A stretch of DNA of 27,059 nt from a virus (Duplodnaviria; Caudoviricetes), in the IMG/VR virus record IMGVR_UViG_3300043690_000033, positions 1 through 27,059 of that record. One strand, given 5' to 3'. This document shows, in pieces, positions 25,472-27,059 of this stretch (positions within the stretch are counted from its first letter, which is position 1; each line of letters opens with the position of its first letter). Under the pieces are notes generated by a model, which searched no databases, was not told where the DNA came from, and saw only the letters and a program-made list of their open reading frames with translations. Both the position numbers and the translations under genes were made by a program.

Positions 25472-26710
25472 ATGACGTTTTCCGATGTGCATCCGGGCGA
25501 CCCGATGGTCGCCAGCAACGTGCAGCAGGTTATCGATGCGCTCAAGGGCACGGCCGGCAAGGGCGTGCCACTGGCACCCGTCGCGGTCAACAACGCCACG
25601 TCGTACGCGCTGACGGTCGAAAATCTTGAGCCGACCAACTCGCGCGCGCTGAACGTATTGAAGTCGGACGGCTCGACGCTGATCAAGGCGGATGCCACGG
25701 GCGTGACGCTCGGCGCACCGTTGACGATGCCACCCATCACCTCCGCGCAAATCCTGGACGGCACGATCGCCACGGCCGACCTGGCCAACAACGCCGTCAC
25801 GAACGCCAAGCTCGGCACCGACACGGCGCGATTGAACCTGCTCACCAACGGCGGCTTCGAGATCTGGCAGCGTGGGAATGGGCCGTTCTCTGGTGCAGGC
25901 AACGGCTACTGTGCTGACCGCTGGTACATCGGCATTGCCGGTACGGACACGTTCAGCCTGTCGGCTCAAACAACAACAGTTGATGCTGGTTCGCGAGTTG
26001 CCATTATCAATGGCTTCACACTCGGTAGCGGTGGCGGCGCATCGGCACTCATCCAGCGGCTCGTGGCGGCGGATATAGGTGGCATCAAAGGCAAGACGTT
26101 CACACTGTCCGTCAGGGCACTCTCGGCAACGGCGAATTTCTGTCGTGTTGCGCTGACCAGCGACGGCACCGGAGCAGGCATCACCTACTCTCCGTATTAC
26201 GCAGGTGGAGCAACGTGGCAGACGCTTTCAGCTACTTACACGGTTCCTGCTGACGCTACCTATCTGCAGGTAACCATCTACTGGGCTGCGAGCGGAACCC
26301 ACTACATTGACAACGCCATGCTGGTGGTGGGCAGCGTGGCGGCCGACTACGCGCCGCTCCACCCGGCCGACGACCTCGCGCGCTGTCTCCGGTACTACGA
26401 GGTCTTTGCCCCTGTCGCCAATCAATGGGTCGCAACTGGACAAGCCGTCGCCACAGGCACGGTCTACGCTCCTATCAAATACACCCAGAAAGGGGTAAGT
26501 CCGACCATCACCCTGAGTGCAGCAAGTGGCTGGCAGACTGGCAATGCTGCTGGTGGCGGCGTTGCTGCATCAACCTTTGTCACGCTTGCAGGAAGTCTGT
26601 CCGGTTGCACTGTCTATATCACTTGTGCGGGTGGTCTGGTAGCTGGTAATGCGGCCCCAATTCAGGCATCAGCCACGCCCGGCACGATTGCTATTGAAGC
26701 GAATCCTTAG
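25472..26710 (+). CDS. tail fibre / receptor-binding protein (412 aa)
   Basis: ITSAQILDGTIATADLANNAVTNAKL fibre repeat; NLLTNGGFEIWQRG...ADRW opening a CBM-like jelly-roll; DLARCLRYYE linker; beta-rich C-terminal domain. Confidence 0.82.
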   Translation: MTFSDVHPGDPMVASNVQQVIDALKGTAGKGVPLAPVAVNNATSYALTVENLEPTNSRALNVLKSDGSTLIKADATGVTLGAPLTMPPITSAQILDGTIATADLANNAVTNAKLGTDTARLNLLTNGGFEIWQRGNGPFSGAGNGYCADRWYIGIAGTDTFSLSAQTTTVDAGSRVAIINGFTLGSGGGASALIQRLVAADIGGIKGKTFTLSVRALSATANFCRVALTSDGTGAGITYSPYYAGGATWQTLSATYTVPADATYLQVTIYWAASGTHYIDNAMLVVGSVAADYAPLHPADDLARCLRYYEVFAPVANQWVATGQAVATGTVYAPIKYTQKGVSPTITLSAASGWQTGNAAGGGVAASTFVTLAGSLSGCTVYITCAGGLVAGNAAPIQASATPGTIAIEANP

Positions 26711-26719
26711 GAGCAGTCG

Positions 26720-27059
26720 ATGAGTATCCGGCCGATAGCGTTCAATCCTGATGGGTCGATAGAAACGGTGTACGACGAGCTTGGCCACAGTGGCACCATC
26801 CCCGCCGCCGAGATCAAGTGGAGCACCGGAATCGACGGCAGCGAGTCGCACTCGTACATCATCCTGAATTGCCCGGATGGCTGCGGCGGCTCCAGCACGC
26901 ATCCGGTGGGCGGCGGCGCGGCGCCCGTCGAGGTGCAGCAGATGTTCGTCAACAAGGTTCAGGCCGAGGGCTGCGCGTGCGCCCGCGTGGATGCCACGGC
27001 GACCGACACGCTGGGCGAATCGCACGTCAAACTGCTGGTGGCGCGGCAAGATGGAATCG
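26720..27059 (+). CDS. tail-fibre-associated protein (possible chaperone), truncated by the window end
   Basis: SD AGGAG at 26709-26713, ATG26720; MSIRPIAFNPDGSIETVYDELGHSG...CPDGCGGSSTHP...; open to the window end; not in the ORF track. Confidence 0.7.
   Translation, partial: MSIRPIAFNPDGSIETVYDELGHSGTIPAAEIKWSTGIDGSESHSYIILNCPDGCGGSSTHPVGGGAAPVEVQQMFVNKVQAEGCACARVDATATDTLGESHVKLLVARQDGI

Noticed and set aside
25871-26710. Classical DGR variable region in the tail fibre
   Set aside because: No template repeat differing at adenines, no reverse transcriptase in the window, and the anomaly is in third codon positions over long blocks. A DGR outside the window cannot be excluded.

Overview
This is a high-GC tailed-phage (or prophage) segment, almost entirely on the + strand, with a podovirus-type (P22/T7-like, no tail tube or tape measure) morphogenesis module. 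Gene order: small early ORFs, VRR-NUC nuclease, replication initiator with an internal origin-like repeat cluster, ParB-fused DNA methyltransferase, TerS, TerL, an acidic ORF, portal, a chain of about 9 translationally coupled micro-ORFs (five missing from the ORF track), four Q/A/G/P-rich candidate ejection proteins (the largest, 1614 aa, has a lytic transglycosylase and a C39-like peptidase domain), an antisense single-TM gene, scaffold, major capsid, an antisense PD-(D/E)XK nuclease, decoration/head-completion genes, adaptor, nozzle, a collagen/CBM fibre, a second fibre and a truncated chaperone-like gene. The most notable signals are: (1) sharply bounded low-GC3 blocks in the receptor-binding fibre, separated by a 32-codon block with typical high GC3; (2) a free-standing PD-(D/E)XK endonuclease beside an apparently recoded capsid-gene 3' end; (3) the micro-ORF chain; (4) shared terminal motifs and prepilin-like motifs in the ejection proteins; (5) a two-state hairpin over the capsid RBS. 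I saw no tRNA, CRISPR array, integrase, lysis genes or reverse transcriptase. All family calls come from motif recognition and synteny, not database searches.
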